The notes: generated by a model not told the origin, from the letters alone. DNA of 64,000 nt from Patescibacteria group bacterium (GCA_038057125.1 JBBUDU010000002.1:85240-149239); one strand, 5' to 3'. Shown: positions 43,892-53,902, numbered from the stretch's first letter. Made by a program: numbers and translations.

Positions 43892-45541
43892 ATGGACAAT
43901 ATTAGAAATATCATACAGGGTGTTTTGCAAGACGAAAAAAAGAAGAAAATTTTAATTATTGGAATCGCCATATTTTTACTTATTATTGGTACTATATTTT
44001 TCTTAACAAGAAATTCAAACGGTCCACAGGATGATAGTCAGCTTTTATCAGACATTGCCGGATTGGCGCCAAGGGACACACTTTTAAACAGGAACTTTCA
44101 GCTGTCACCCACCATCGAGCTGTCTGCGGAACCAGCAGCCATCGCCCCAGGACAGACATCAAAAATTTCATGGGTCTCTTCCAACGCAACAAATTGCGTT
44201 GATGGAAACGGTGACACCATAAACCTAGAAGGAGACCGTTCCGTTTCACCCACGGAACCCTACACTTTTGAAGTTAGTTGCGTTGGCCCAAAAGGAACTG
44301 AAATACAGTCAATAACCGTGATTGTGACAACAGCGCCAATCATCAACCTGGTCGCAACGCCAAAATCAGTTATTCCCGGAGCACAATCATTAATATCGTG
44401 GAACACAGTTAACGCAGACAGATGTGTTGACAGTGCCAGCAGTACTTTGCGTTTAAGCGGCAGTATGTTTGTCTCACCTAAAAAGCCCTACACCTTTAGC
44501 ATGAGTTGTGTTGGGCCAAAGGGCACATCGGTAAAATCAGTCACGGTCACTATAGCGGCGGCACCGCCAAAATACGTCAAGAAGCCGACCTCTCCTTCAA
44601 GGGGAAGCACGCCGGTGTATGACACACCTACAATAATAGTAGGACCCCCAGACCTTGAGGATCCTCCAACTCCCGCAGGAAAAGCAAAGATTACCTTGTC
44701 CGCAAGCCCGCTAAGGGTCAAGTACGGGGAACCATCTGTTATCTCATGGCAAACAGAAGGTGCGACAAACTGCACAGGAACAACCCCGACCGGTCTTGAA
44801 ATGTTCAACCCAGACACTAACGAAAGTATTATCCTGCAACCAGGATACCCGCCAATACCTCTTCCTGAAAATGGGAAAATGTCTATCCGTGTTTTGGGTG
44901 ACAAAACTATCGCCACACTTACTGTTAAATGTTTTGGCGCTGACGGTACTATAACGGAACGCTCAATAACGGTTAGAAGCGATCCGCGCATACCGGGTGC
45001 GTGTGAAGGCACTATTCGCCCAACGTTCACAAGTTTTTCTGCACTTCCCACAGTTGTAGAGAATCCAGGAGACCCATCTGTTGTGACATGGAATAGTAAA
45101 TGCGCAACAAGCTGTGTCGCCACCGTTGTTCCTAATGGGGACCTTATTACTTACCCCGACACAAGCACAATACCTGACTATGTTGAGGGTCAAGATTACA
45201 ATAAATATACCCCAACGAACGGCATACCAAATTTAGCGGTAAACACGACCGGTGGTATACGTATCCGCCCAGGAGCTGGAGACAAAAAACCTTCTATAAT
45301 AGACAGGCTATGTGCTATTGGAGATTACTGCACGTCATCATCAAAGTCGACCGCCTCCGTTACTGTCAAGTGCACCAATGTCAACACTGGGTTCTCAATA
45401 ACAAAATCAGTGACCGTGGGCATAACGCCGAAAAAAGGTAAGTGTAAAAACTTTTTCTGTAAGCTATACGCAGCGGTGCTTACGGTAGCTGCTATAACCA
45501 CAGTACCGGGTGTGGCACCAGCAGCACAACAGTCGCTTTAA
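43892..45541 (+). CDS. membrane-anchored protein with repeated Ig-like modules
   Basis: 549 aa with an N-terminal TM and at least four ~75-aa repeats of the pattern L.A.P..I.PG..S.ISW...NA..C. Confidence 0.65.
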   Translation: MDNIRNIIQGVLQDEKKKKILIIGIAIFLLIIGTIFFLTRNSNGPQDDSQLLSDIAGLAPRDTLLNRNFQLSPTIELSAEPAAIAPGQTSKISWVSSNATNCVDGNGDTINLEGDRSVSPTEPYTFEVSCVGPKGTEIQSITVIVTTAPIINLVATPKSVIPGAQSLISWNTVNADRCVDSASSTLRLSGSMFVSPKKPYTFSMSCVGPKGTSVKSVTVTIAAAPPKYVKKPTSPSRGSTPVYDTPTIIVGPPDLEDPPTPAGKAKITLSASPLRVKYGEPSVISWQTEGATNCTGTTPTGLEMFNPDTNESIILQPGYPPIPLPENGKMSIRVLGDKTIATLTVKCFGADGTITERSITVRSDPRIPGACEGTIRPTFTSFSALPTVVENPGDPSVVTWNSKCATSCVATVVPNGDLITYPDTSTIPDYVEGQDYNKYTPTNGIPNLAVNTTGGIRIRPGAGDKKPSIIDRLCAIGDYCTSSSKSTASVTVKCTNVNTGFSITKSVTVGITPKKGKCKNFFCKLYAAVLTVAAITTVPGVAPAAQQSL

Positions 45542-45587
45542 GGTAGGGTACTGTCTCCTATACTTACTGCTTAGCTCTATTTAGATT

Positions 45588-45630
45588 AAAATACCGCCAC
45601 GACTTTCATTCAAGTCGTGGCGGTATTTTT
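45588..45630 (+). terminator. rho-independent terminator
   Basis: AAAATACCGCCACGACTT / AAGTCGTGGCGGTATTTT 18-bp stem, followed by a T-run. Confidence 0.8.
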
Positions 45631-45697
45631 ATAAGCAAGAAAATTGACTATGCAAAAAGTATGCGTGGGGGTATAATGCATATGAGGAAAGCGCGTT

Positions 45698-46495
45698 ATG
45701 GATCGGCGATTTAAAAAAATTTTTTCTGTCCTGTTCGCGCTCCTCATTGGGATTGGTGTTGTTTTCTTTGCGTGGAAAAGCGGGACAGTAACATACACGG
45801 GAAATGTGCCAAGCGACAACTCATGGAAGGACACTTTGAACGTTGTTCCTCAGGTTGATTCCTTGAAAACCTTAATTGCTTCTCAAGAAAGCTTTGTGGG
45901 AAGTGACGCAACGACCACAGTAGACATCGTTGCGCGCAACCTGCTTACAAGCTATGCTCTCGCGCAAAGAAACAACCTGTCCACGACGACACTTCGAGAC
46001 AATGACATCGAGGCAATAGCAGAGGAGGCTGTCAGTAAAATAGCACTACCTCAGGCAACACAGTTTACAATAAAAAATCTTAACATTTCAAGCGACAACA
46101 GCCCTTCCGCGATTGACGCGTACATGAAAGAACTTGGCACTGCTGTTAAGACATTCGCATCGTCCCAAACACAAAGCGACACAGATGTTGCGTTTGCAAT
46201 ACCGAAGACGGGCGACGACACAAAAAGGTTTCTAGGTATCGCGAGGAATATTTCCAACTACGAAAAACTTATAAGGGGGCTACTCACCATAAAAACCCCT
46301 TCCGTCGTCACACAACCGCACCTGCACCTTGTACAAAAATATGCAAATATCCAAGCGAGGATAAAACCAATGGCGGACATTTTCACGGACCCACTCCGTG
46401 GACTCGCAGCCCTTGCGGAGTACAGGGGAGAAATCGCGGGTTTCAACATTATTGCGGAGGAATACACGGATTACATTTCTAGACACCAGCAGTAA
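45698..46495 (+). CDS. membrane-anchored hypothetical protein (first gene of T4SS-like cluster)
   Basis: 265 aa with TM IFSVLFALLIGIGVVFFAW. Confidence 0.55.
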   Translation: MDRRFKKIFSVLFALLIGIGVVFFAWKSGTVTYTGNVPSDNSWKDTLNVVPQVDSLKTLIASQESFVGSDATTTVDIVARNLLTSYALAQRNNLSTTTLRDNDIEAIAEEAVSKIALPQATQFTIKNLNISSDNSPSAIDAYMKELGTAVKTFASSQTQSDTDVAFAIPKTGDDTKRFLGIARNISNYEKLIRGLLTIKTPSVVTQPHLHLVQKYANIQARIKPMADIFTDPLRGLAALAEYRGEIAGFNIIAEEYTDYISRHQQ

Positions 46496-46496
46496 C

Positions 46497-48023
46497 ATGA
46501 ATCACTATTTAAAAATATCAAAGATACTAATCATAGCACTGATTATTGTTCCTCTTTTTTCTGCGAGAGTTGCGTACGCAGACGACCATGACTCCAAGGA
46601 AATAGCCGGATGCGTAGTGACGGGGGTTGTCGCTTCATATGCCGTGAGCACAGTCGCCGAATACTTTCCCAGCAGCAGCGCAACACAAAGAAAGGTTGCA
46701 CGGAAGACGGATGAAACCGCAACCACACGCACGGAAACGCAGGCCGACACGGCAAAAACAGAGTCAACTTCGGTAGCTGTACCAATCACTGATGCAGTTT
46801 CTAATGTTTACTTGGGCACAATCGACGGTGTTACCGCCGCCAGCGCCTCGTTTCAAGACGTTGGAAAAATGAATCTTGATGCATTTGCTTACAAAGTTGC
46901 CCAATGCATACTTTCTCAGTTGACCAATAACATCGTAAGTTGGATCAAGGGCGGCTTCAACGGTAGCCCAAAGTTTGCTGTTGACACGCGCAGACTTTTT
47001 GAAGACATAGCAGAGGGAGTTTCCGCAGACTTTGTAAGACAAGTAAAAGGCCTTGGGGTCTGTAAATTCACGCCAACCTTTGTAGACGATCTTACAAACT
47101 CTATAGACCGCTCCAATAAGAGCAAAAGACAGCTACCAATTAAATGTCCTTTCCCTGAGCAGGTTGTAAAAGCTTCGCAATTTTATAATGACTTCAGCAC
47201 ATACGGGTGGAAGGGAATGCGAATGGCCCTCGAAGACGGAGGCAATCCGTTTAGTGTTAATGTTATCACGAGCCAAGAACTTGCGAGCCGCCAAGCGGAA
47301 GCCAAGACTGCTGAAGATCAAAAGAAGAGCTGGTCAGGCGGATTTGCCGATATTATAGACACAGAAAACTGCGCATTCCCTAGCGATGTTTATGATGCAA
47401 TGCAAGAACCCGACATCTCTTCTCAGCAAAGGGCTCATTACGAAAGAACTTATTGCCCAACAACTACTCCTGGGAAGCTCGTGGGGGACCAGCTCACGAA
47501 AACCATTGGCGCCGAGCAAGATCGCCTCGGCCTTGCGGACAATATGAACAAAATTATTTCAGCGCTTATCGGACAGCTTACCAAAGAATCCATAAAGGGT
47601 ATCTTTAAAGCGGTAAACAATGCCGACGGAGGTGGTGGAAGTGGGGGGGGTGGTACTGGTGGTGGAGGCGGAAGTGGAGGTGGTGGTACTGGAGGAGGGG
47701 GAGGAACTGCTGTTCCGTATGTTTCCACAAGCGTAAGCGGTGTAGCACGAAACGGAGTAGTGCTAAACGCGCACATCAGTCCCACGACTCTGTCCGGTAC
47801 TACATGGTTTGAGTGGAGCACATCGCAAGACCTCCTCATACAGTCCCAAGGAACAATCACGCCGTCACAGTCCTACGGAGTTAGTCCGGCACTGGCAACT
47901 TACAGTTACCAGCTTGACGGGCTTACTCGCGGGGCTACATATTACTTCCGCGCAACAGGAAGAACCTCACAAAAGGTCGTCTGGTACAGCGCTCCGCAAG
48001 CCTTTTCTACTCTTACACGCTAA
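46497..48023 (+). CDS. exported hypothetical protein with 26-aa Gly linker
   Basis: The ATG at 46497 lies 1 nt after the upstream stop. Signal peptide IIALIIVPLFSARVAYA. GGGGSGGGGTGGGGGSGGGGTGGGGG linker followed by a C-terminal beta-rich domain. Confidence 0.6.
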   Translation: MNHYLKISKILIIALIIVPLFSARVAYADDHDSKEIAGCVVTGVVASYAVSTVAEYFPSSSATQRKVARKTDETATTRTETQADTAKTESTSVAVPITDAVSNVYLGTIDGVTAASASFQDVGKMNLDAFAYKVAQCILSQLTNNIVSWIKGGFNGSPKFAVDTRRLFEDIAEGVSADFVRQVKGLGVCKFTPTFVDDLTNSIDRSNKSKRQLPIKCPFPEQVVKASQFYNDFSTYGWKGMRMALEDGGNPFSVNVITSQELASRQAEAKTAEDQKKSWSGGFADIIDTENCAFPSDVYDAMQEPDISSQQRAHYERTYCPTTTPGKLVGDQLTKTIGAEQDRLGLADNMNKIISALIGQLTKESIKGIFKAVNNADGGGGSGGGGTGGGGGSGGGGTGGGGGTAVPYVSTSVSGVARNGVVLNAHISPTTLSGTTWFEWSTSQDLLIQSQGTITPSQSYGVSPALATYSYQLDGLTRGATYYFRATGRTSQKVVWYSAPQAFSTLTR

Positions 48024-48026
48024 CAA

Positions 48027-50015
48027 ATGACTAAACTCTTCCAAAAAAGAACCTTGTTCGTCTCAATCCTCTTCGGCCTTATTTTATTCTTTGGCGGAAT
48101 GTCGACGGTAGCTGTAGCCCAAGAAAATGAAACTCCTCCTTCGGATTCTACAGAACGCACTACTGATGAAGAAGACAAGATTTATAAACAGCTTAATTGT
48201 TTATCCCTAGGAATACCACCTGAACTCAATATTGCCGATTGTGGCGCTGTGATAGTTTATTATGTCATATATAGACCAGCGGCACTTTTTCTGGCAGGCA
48301 CTGGCTACATTTTTGACGTAGCACTTTCGCTCAGTACAGACAACAGCAAAAAAATGGTTACTCCGGATTTTATCGGTTCCTCGTGGACTGTCGTACGCGA
48401 TTTCTCTAATATGCTTTTTATTTTCGTACTTCTTTACACAGGAATAATGACCATGTTTGGCGCTGCCGACTGGAGAAAAGTGGTCCTTCAGGTGGTCATC
48501 GTCGCCCTCCTTATCAATTTCAGTCTTTTCTTTACAAAGGTCGTCATTGACGCGGGGAACATTCTTGCTGTGGGTATCAGGAGCAGTATCAGTCCGGGTC
48601 AAAGTATTTCGGAAGGCCTCGCCAGTGCCTTTCAACCACAACAATTCCTCATCACGGCGGGAGAGAAAGTCGACGCGGGAACCTCAATCATTATATTCCT
48701 CGTTGCTGCCGTCGTTAGCGGATTCGCAGGTTATTATTTTTTCAAAGCGGCCTTGCTTTTCATGGGGCGGCTCATTGCTTTTTGGGGACTTATGATCATA
48801 TCTCCGTTTGCTTTTATTTCTATCACTCTGCCTAAAGCTAATATTTTTGACAAATGGCTTAGCACTCTCCTTAGTCAAGCATTCGTTGCACCCGTATTCC
48901 TGTTTTTTATTTATCTCATTATGCAGGCCATATCAGCTGGAAATGGGATACTTGGAAGTTTTGATAGAGATGGTGATTGGTTTGACAAGCTTATCGGCCC
49001 TGTCATTGTTGCAACACTCCTTGTCCTTGCGCTCAAAAAAGTGCTTAACATTGCAGAAAATATGGCTGGCGAATTTGGCAAGGCTGGTTCAAGCTTTGTA
49101 AGCGGAGCGCTTGGAGTTGCAGCTGGGGTAGCGATGGGTGGTACAGGCCTTGTGGGACGCGCAGTAGGAGGGCGCCTCGCGCAAAGAATCCAAGAAAGCG
49201 GAACATTCCAAAAAATGGCGACAGGGGAAAATGCGCTTGGGAGGTTTGCAGGTCGCCAAGGAATTGCCTTGACTGACAAGGCGCGCACTGGTACGTGGGA
49301 CGCCAGAGGACTGGGCCTTGTGCAAAAAGGGGCGCAGGCGGCCGGAATTAAAATAGAGAAGCCTGGGGAAAGCGTGAAGGGTGGTTTTGAAGGAGCTATG
49401 AAGAGGCAAGAAAAACAAACAATGGATGAGGTGAAGAAATATAAAGTAACCGAACAAGAAAAAGCAAAAGTTGAAGGATACGCACCAAAAGAAAAAGCGA
49501 AGGAGGCAAAAGAAGCGGTGGCGACAAGCGGGAAGAGGGTCGCAGAAGCTACTCAAAAAATGAATGACGCGCAAACTGCGCATGACACAATGCGTAATTC
49601 CGGGAAGCTTGATCCGAATATGTCTAAATTTCTTGATGCAGCCAAAAAAGAAAAAGCTGCCGCAGATGAAGCTCTTGCAAAGGCAGAGGAGGTGTCTAAA
49701 AAAATCGAGGATGCCAGTGACACCATAGAAAAGGAAAATCAACGCCGTAGAAGGAAATATGCAGAACATCTCCAGAGCAAGGTTCGAACAGGGATAGTAC
49801 TTGCAACAGGAAACTTGGCATACAGTCACGACCAAGCCAATCGCAGCGCAGACAAAATTCTAAAGAACACCATTGAGAAACAATTGGAGGAGGAAAAGGA
49901 AAAAAAGAAGGAAGACCGCGCCGAGAAGTTTGAGAAGATTATGGATAAAGATGAAGGAAAAGGGGTTGAAAAAGAGGCAAAGAAGGCAAAAACAGAAGAT
50001 GAAAAACCTCATTAA
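48027..50015 (+). CDS. polytopic membrane protein, VirB6/TrbL-like, with Lys/Glu-rich C-terminal tail
   Basis: 662 aa with a signal-like N-terminus and at least 6 TM helices in aa 60-400, then a ~230-aa charged coiled-coil tail. Its position in the cluster with VirB4 supports the call. Confidence 0.65.
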   Translation: MTKLFQKRTLFVSILFGLILFFGGMSTVAVAQENETPPSDSTERTTDEEDKIYKQLNCLSLGIPPELNIADCGAVIVYYVIYRPAALFLAGTGYIFDVALSLSTDNSKKMVTPDFIGSSWTVVRDFSNMLFIFVLLYTGIMTMFGAADWRKVVLQVVIVALLINFSLFFTKVVIDAGNILAVGIRSSISPGQSISEGLASAFQPQQFLITAGEKVDAGTSIIIFLVAAVVSGFAGYYFFKAALLFMGRLIAFWGLMIISPFAFISITLPKANIFDKWLSTLLSQAFVAPVFLFFIYLIMQAISAGNGILGSFDRDGDWFDKLIGPVIVATLLVLALKKVLNIAENMAGEFGKAGSSFVSGALGVAAGVAMGGTGLVGRAVGGRLAQRIQESGTFQKMATGENALGRFAGRQGIALTDKARTGTWDARGLGLVQKGAQAAGIKIEKPGESVKGGFEGAMKRQEKQTMDEVKKYKVTEQEKAKVEGYAPKEKAKEAKEAVATSGKRVAEATQKMNDAQTAHDTMRNSGKLDPNMSKFLDAAKKEKAAADEALAKAEEVSKKIEDASDTIEKENQRRRRKYAEHLQSKVRTGIVLATGNLAYSHDQANRSADKILKNTIEKQLEEEKEKKKEDRAEKFEKIMDKDEGKGVEKEAKKAKTEDEKPH

Positions 50016-50024
50016 AACAAACTA

Positions 50025-50756
50025 ATGGACAACGAAACAGAAAAAATTATTAAGGAGCAGGCAAGGAAACTTCCAGCAGAAGTTATTGCATTTCTTTTGT
50101 CCTCAAACTGGAGCGAAAGCCTTGATGAAATAAGCTCTATCTACAACTTCTCAGATGAAGAGCGTTTTGTTTTCAAGCACGAAGTGGTCCTTGTTTTAAC
50201 AGGGCTTACATACCCCGACGAACTCCTAGAAATGCTCGTAGAGCGAGTGCCGACAAAACGAAACACTGTCCTTGAGTCCGTTGTTGCCGATGTGGAAAAG
50301 AAAATTTTTGCACCTATACGTCCCGCTCTCGTTGATTTTTTTGACAGGGAGGCGGAGGCATATGAGAAAGAGACTAGAAGTGAGGCGCCTGTGGCAACAG
50401 AAGCCCCGATAGAAAAATTAGCTCCTACGGCTCACATGTGGGAAAAAATATCAGGTGCAGTTCCAGAAAATCTTCCTATTTTGGAATCGATGAAACCACT
50501 CATGCCGCCTATCCCGCCAAAAACACCGAACTCAGAGGCTAGGCCTATGGCTGTGGGTGAAGTGCCCGCACATCCGTTTGAAGAAAAGATGAAGAAAGTT
50601 TTTACCGCGGGACAACAATCAACGGGCGACCTCGTTATTAAGTCAGAACCCGCATCCGCACCTTTGTCAGTTGTTCCCCCTGTTCCCATTGTCCAAAATG
50701 TCCCCATTGCTCCGAGTACATATCGCGCGGACCCATACCGCGAAGCGATTGAGTAA
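50025..50756 (+). CDS. hypothetical protein (Pro-rich C-terminus)
   Basis: 243-aa ORF, co-directional with the cluster. Confidence 0.5.
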   Translation: MDNETEKIIKEQARKLPAEVIAFLLSSNWSESLDEISSIYNFSDEERFVFKHEVVLVLTGLTYPDELLEMLVERVPTKRNTVLESVVADVEKKIFAPIRPALVDFFDREAEAYEKETRSEAPVATEAPIEKLAPTAHMWEKISGAVPENLPILESMKPLMPPIPPKTPNSEARPMAVGEVPAHPFEEKMKKVFTAGQQSTGDLVIKSEPASAPLSVVPPVPIVQNVPIAPSTYRADPYREAIE

Positions 50757-50770
50757 TATATCTTCGCAAA

Positions 50771-50811
50771 ACTACGGGCGGTTTTGTTTGAAAAACAAAA
50801 CCGCCCGTAGT
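50771..50811 (+). terminator. terminator-like hairpin inside the T4SS-like cluster
   Basis: ACTACGGGCGGTTTTGTTT-GAA-AAACAAAACCGCCCGTAGT, 19-bp stem. Confidence 0.65.
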
Positions 50812-50836
50812 CAATTGTGCCATCGCTGTGTATAAT
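50808..50836 (+). promoter_or_regulatory. candidate promoter giving a leaderless mRNA for the PrgI-like gene
   Basis: TAGTCA-N17-TATAAT (50831-36). The ATG at 50843 is exactly 7 nt after the -10. Confidence 0.4.
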
Positions 50837-50842
50837 GTATGT

Positions 50843-51292
50843 ATGCAGTTTCACATTCCTCAATACATCGACATCGAGGATAAACTTTTTGGACCGCTTA
50901 CTCTGAAGCAGGCTATCTATGTGGCTGGCGGAGCAGGTGGAATCTATTTGGTGTGGCGACTCGTTCCATACATTTTTATCTCTGCGCCCATTATTGCGGG
51001 AATTGCGGGGCTCACGTGGGCGCTCGCGTTCTTTCCAAAAGAAAAGCTCGGGAAACCATTTATTGAAATCCTAGAGGCCGGTTTCAATTATATGAGGCGT
51101 GACAAACTCTACACGTGGAAAAAAACAACAAAGGAAGCCACCGCAGGGAAAGAAGAGAGGTTTATTTCTTCACTTCCAGCTTCTACCCCCATCATACCTT
51201 CCGGCAAGCTGTCTAGCGCTTCATTCAACCTCGATGTTCGCGGTGCCCCAAAGGTCAAAGAAGAAAAAGAGCTTGGTAACAAGCCCCTATAA
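50843..51292 (+). CDS. PrgI-family / VirB3-like small membrane protein
   Basis: MQFHIPQYIDIEDKLFGPLTLKQAIYVAGGAGGIYLVW plus a second TM. It lies immediately upstream of the VirB4-like genes. Confidence 0.65.
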   Translation: MQFHIPQYIDIEDKLFGPLTLKQAIYVAGGAGGIYLVWRLVPYIFISAPIIAGIAGLTWALAFFPKEKLGKPFIEILEAGFNYMRRDKLYTWKKTTKEATAGKEERFISSLPASTPIIPSGKLSSASFNLDVRGAPKVKEEKELGNKPL

Positions 51293-51300
51293 ACCAAACT

Positions 51301-51960
51301 ATGGCAGTCAAATCAAAAGCAGCGCAAGATTTTGTCCCCGTCAAAGAAATCCGTGACGGTGTGGTGATATTAAGAGATGGCACCATCCGCATGCTTCTTA
51401 TGGCGTCATCGGTCAACCTTGCGCTCAAATCTTCGGACGAACAAAAGGGGGTTTTGATGCAATTTCAAAGTTTTCTAAACTCGCTTGAGTTTTCAACACA
51501 AATTTTTATCCAGTCACGCCGTCTTGATATACGTCCGTACCTCATACTCCTCGAGGGGCGCCTCAAAGAAGAAGTGAACGACCTTTTGAAGATTCAGATT
51601 CGCGAGTATATGGGTTTCGTAAAAACAATAGCGCAGTCGACGAATATCATGAGCAAGCTTTTTGTTATAGTCGTTCCGTATGCACCGCCGAAGTCTGTCA
51701 CCGCAAGCACGCAGTCGTCTGGTGGTGTCCTATCGAAACTTTTTGGTAAAAAGGAGGCGACAAGTGCGGCGCCATCGCAGAGCGCCATCGAAGCATTTGA
51801 AGAAGCGCGAACACAGCTTGAGCAACGCGCGGGGATTATAAGCCAAGGGCTCTCCCGCACGGGGGTGCGCGTAATACCGCTCGGCACCGAAGAGCTCACT
51901 GAGCTGTATCACCGCCTATTCAACCCTGGAGAAGCGGAAAAGAAGGTCGATGTAAGATAA
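51301..51960 (+). CDS. VirB4-type protein, N-terminal portion as a separate ORF
   Basis: QDFVPVKEIRDGVVILRDGTIRMLLMASSVNLALKSSDEQ resembles the N-terminal entry of Gram-positive VirB4 homologs (from memory). Its stop is 14 nt before the next ATG, in a different frame. Confidence 0.5.
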   Translation: MAVKSKAAQDFVPVKEIRDGVVILRDGTIRMLLMASSVNLALKSSDEQKGVLMQFQSFLNSLEFSTQIFIQSRRLDIRPYLILLEGRLKEEVNDLLKIQIREYMGFVKTIAQSTNIMSKLFVIVVPYAPPKSVTASTQSSGGVLSKLFGKKEATSAAPSQSAIEAFEEARTQLEQRAGIISQGLSRTGVRVIPLGTEELTELYHRLFNPGEAEKKVDVR

Positions 51961-51974
51961 TAAATACAAAAATA

Positions 51975-53810
51975 ATGATTAATTTTTTTGGAAAAACAAA
52001 AGATACTGGTATGGAAGCGACAGACAACACTGTCCCTGTCCTCCCGCAAGACCTATACAGCGACACTGGGCTCAACTTGGCTGATGTTATCGCACCATCT
52101 GCGGTAAAAGTAAGTTCTAAGGAGCTTATTTTGGGAGAAAAAATTGTACGGTCATTTTTTATCACATCGTATCCGAGCGTTGTTTCTGACAATTGGCTTT
52201 CTCCACTCATAAACCTCGACAAAGTTTTTGACATTGCAATCTACATTCACCCTGTCGATACTGCGGCGATAATGAAAAAGTTTGAGAAAAAAGTTGCCGA
52301 AGTGCAAAGCCAAATAAGTGTGCGTGAGAGCAAGGGCTTTGTGCGCGACCCGATGCTTGAGTCCGCATACCGCGACCTCGAGGAGCTTCGCGACCGCCTC
52401 CAGCAAGCGCAAGAAAAAATGTTTGATGTCGGACTCTATCTCTCTCTTTACGCCGATACAGAGGAAGAACTCAATCATGCCGAGGCGGAAATCAAATCGA
52501 TGCTTGAATCACGCCTCATATATATCCGCCCAGCTCTTTTTCAACAAGAAGAGGCGTTCCAGAGCATCATCCCCGTTAACGACGACAAAATTGCCGTCAC
52601 AAAAAAAATTAACTCTGAACCACTCTCGAGCTTTTTCCCTTTTGTGTCATTCGACCTCACTTCCGACAAAGGCATTCTTTATGGAATGAACCGCCACAAC
52701 TCATCGCTTGTGCTTTTTGATAGGTTCTCTCTCGAGAATTACAATTCCATTACCTTTGCAAAATCCGGCTCCGGTAAATCATTTTTTACAAAACTTGAAA
52801 TCCTCCGCTCGCTCATGTTTGATATCGATGTTATCGTCATCGACCCCGAGCGCGAGTACGAGGCAATGGCAGAAGCTGTGGGGGGGCGCTACTTCAACAT
52901 ATCGCTCAATTCCGAGCACCACATAAATCCGTTTGACCTGCCAACGCCACGCGAAGACGAATCGCCGTCCGATGTCCTACGCGCCAACATTATTTCGCTA
53001 GTTGGGCTTTTCCGCATCATGCTTTCCGGCCTTACCGCCGAAGAAGACGCTCTCGTAGACCGCGCAATAGCCGAAACATACGCACTAAAGGACATAACGC
53101 CTGACTCGGATTTTTCCGCCATCGAACCACCGCTTCTTTCTGACTTTGAAATGGTATTGTCGGGAATGGAGGGGGCGGAGGGAATACTCACCAAACTTAC
53201 AAAGTACACGCGTGGATCATGGTCGGGCTTCATCAATCAACCATCAAATGTAGACATCAACCGAAAATTTATTGTCTTTTCTGTTCGCGACATGGAAGAC
53301 GACCTAAAGCCTGTTGCAATGTATCTCGTTACGCACTTTATCTGGAATGCTATTCGTCGCACACTAAAAAAGCGCCTCCTTGTCGTGGATGAAGCGTGGT
53401 GGATGATGAAATCCGAAGACACAGCCGCCTTTCTCTACGCACTCGCAAAGCGCGGACGTAAATACTATTTGGGTATTGCAACAATCACTCAAGACGTAAA
53501 TGACTTTTTGAAATCGCCATATGGTTTACCCATTATGACCAACTCGTCTATTCAAGTTCTCCTCAAGCAGTCGCCGACATCAATTGATGCAGTACGAAAA
53601 GCCTTCAACCTGACCGATGAAGAAAAGTTCCTCCTACTTGAGTCAGGGGTAGGGGAAGGTATCTTTTTTGCGGGAATGAAGCATGTGGCTATTCGCTCCA
53701 TTGCATCGTATACCGAGGAGCAGATTATCACCTCGGACCCGGGGCAGATTCTCGCTATCAAAAAGGCCAAGCGAGAGCTTGCCGATGCGGAAGGCGCCCC
53801 GGCGGTGTAG
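51975..53810 (+). CDS. virB4: VirB4/TraC-type T4SS ATPase
   Basis: 611 aa with Walker A FAKSGSGKSFF and Walker B LLVVDEAWWMM. N-domain pattern YPSVVSDNWLSPLIN. Confidence 0.88.
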   Translation: MINFFGKTKDTGMEATDNTVPVLPQDLYSDTGLNLADVIAPSAVKVSSKELILGEKIVRSFFITSYPSVVSDNWLSPLINLDKVFDIAIYIHPVDTAAIMKKFEKKVAEVQSQISVRESKGFVRDPMLESAYRDLEELRDRLQQAQEKMFDVGLYLSLYADTEEELNHAEAEIKSMLESRLIYIRPALFQQEEAFQSIIPVNDDKIAVTKKINSEPLSSFFPFVSFDLTSDKGILYGMNRHNSSLVLFDRFSLENYNSITFAKSGSGKSFFTKLEILRSLMFDIDVIVIDPEREYEAMAEAVGGRYFNISLNSEHHINPFDLPTPREDESPSDVLRANIISLVGLFRIMLSGLTAEEDALVDRAIAETYALKDITPDSDFSAIEPPLLSDFEMVLSGMEGAEGILTKLTKYTRGSWSGFINQPSNVDINRKFIVFSVRDMEDDLKPVAMYLVTHFIWNAIRRTLKKRLLVVDEAWWMMKSEDTAAFLYALAKRGRKYYLGIATITQDVNDFLKSPYGLPIMTNSSIQVLLKQSPTSIDAVRKAFNLTDEEKFLLLESGVGEGIFFAGMKHVAIRSIASYTEEQIITSDPGQILAIKKAKRELADAEGAPAV

Positions 53811-53902
53811 GGTTTTACAAAGACAACCATTTGAAATTTAAAAGTGTGAGACTTTGTGAAACAGTTGTGGTACAGAGCCTCATTTCACGCTATACTATTA
53901 TT

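Noticed and set aside
49089-49835. 248-aa antisense ORF inside the VirB6-like gene, and the 136-aa Pro-rich ORF at 47450-47860
   Set aside because: These are antisense to Lys/Glu-rich and Gly-rich low-complexity coding sequence, and such regions keep the opposite strand open by chance. Cys/Phe-rich or Pro-rich junk composition.
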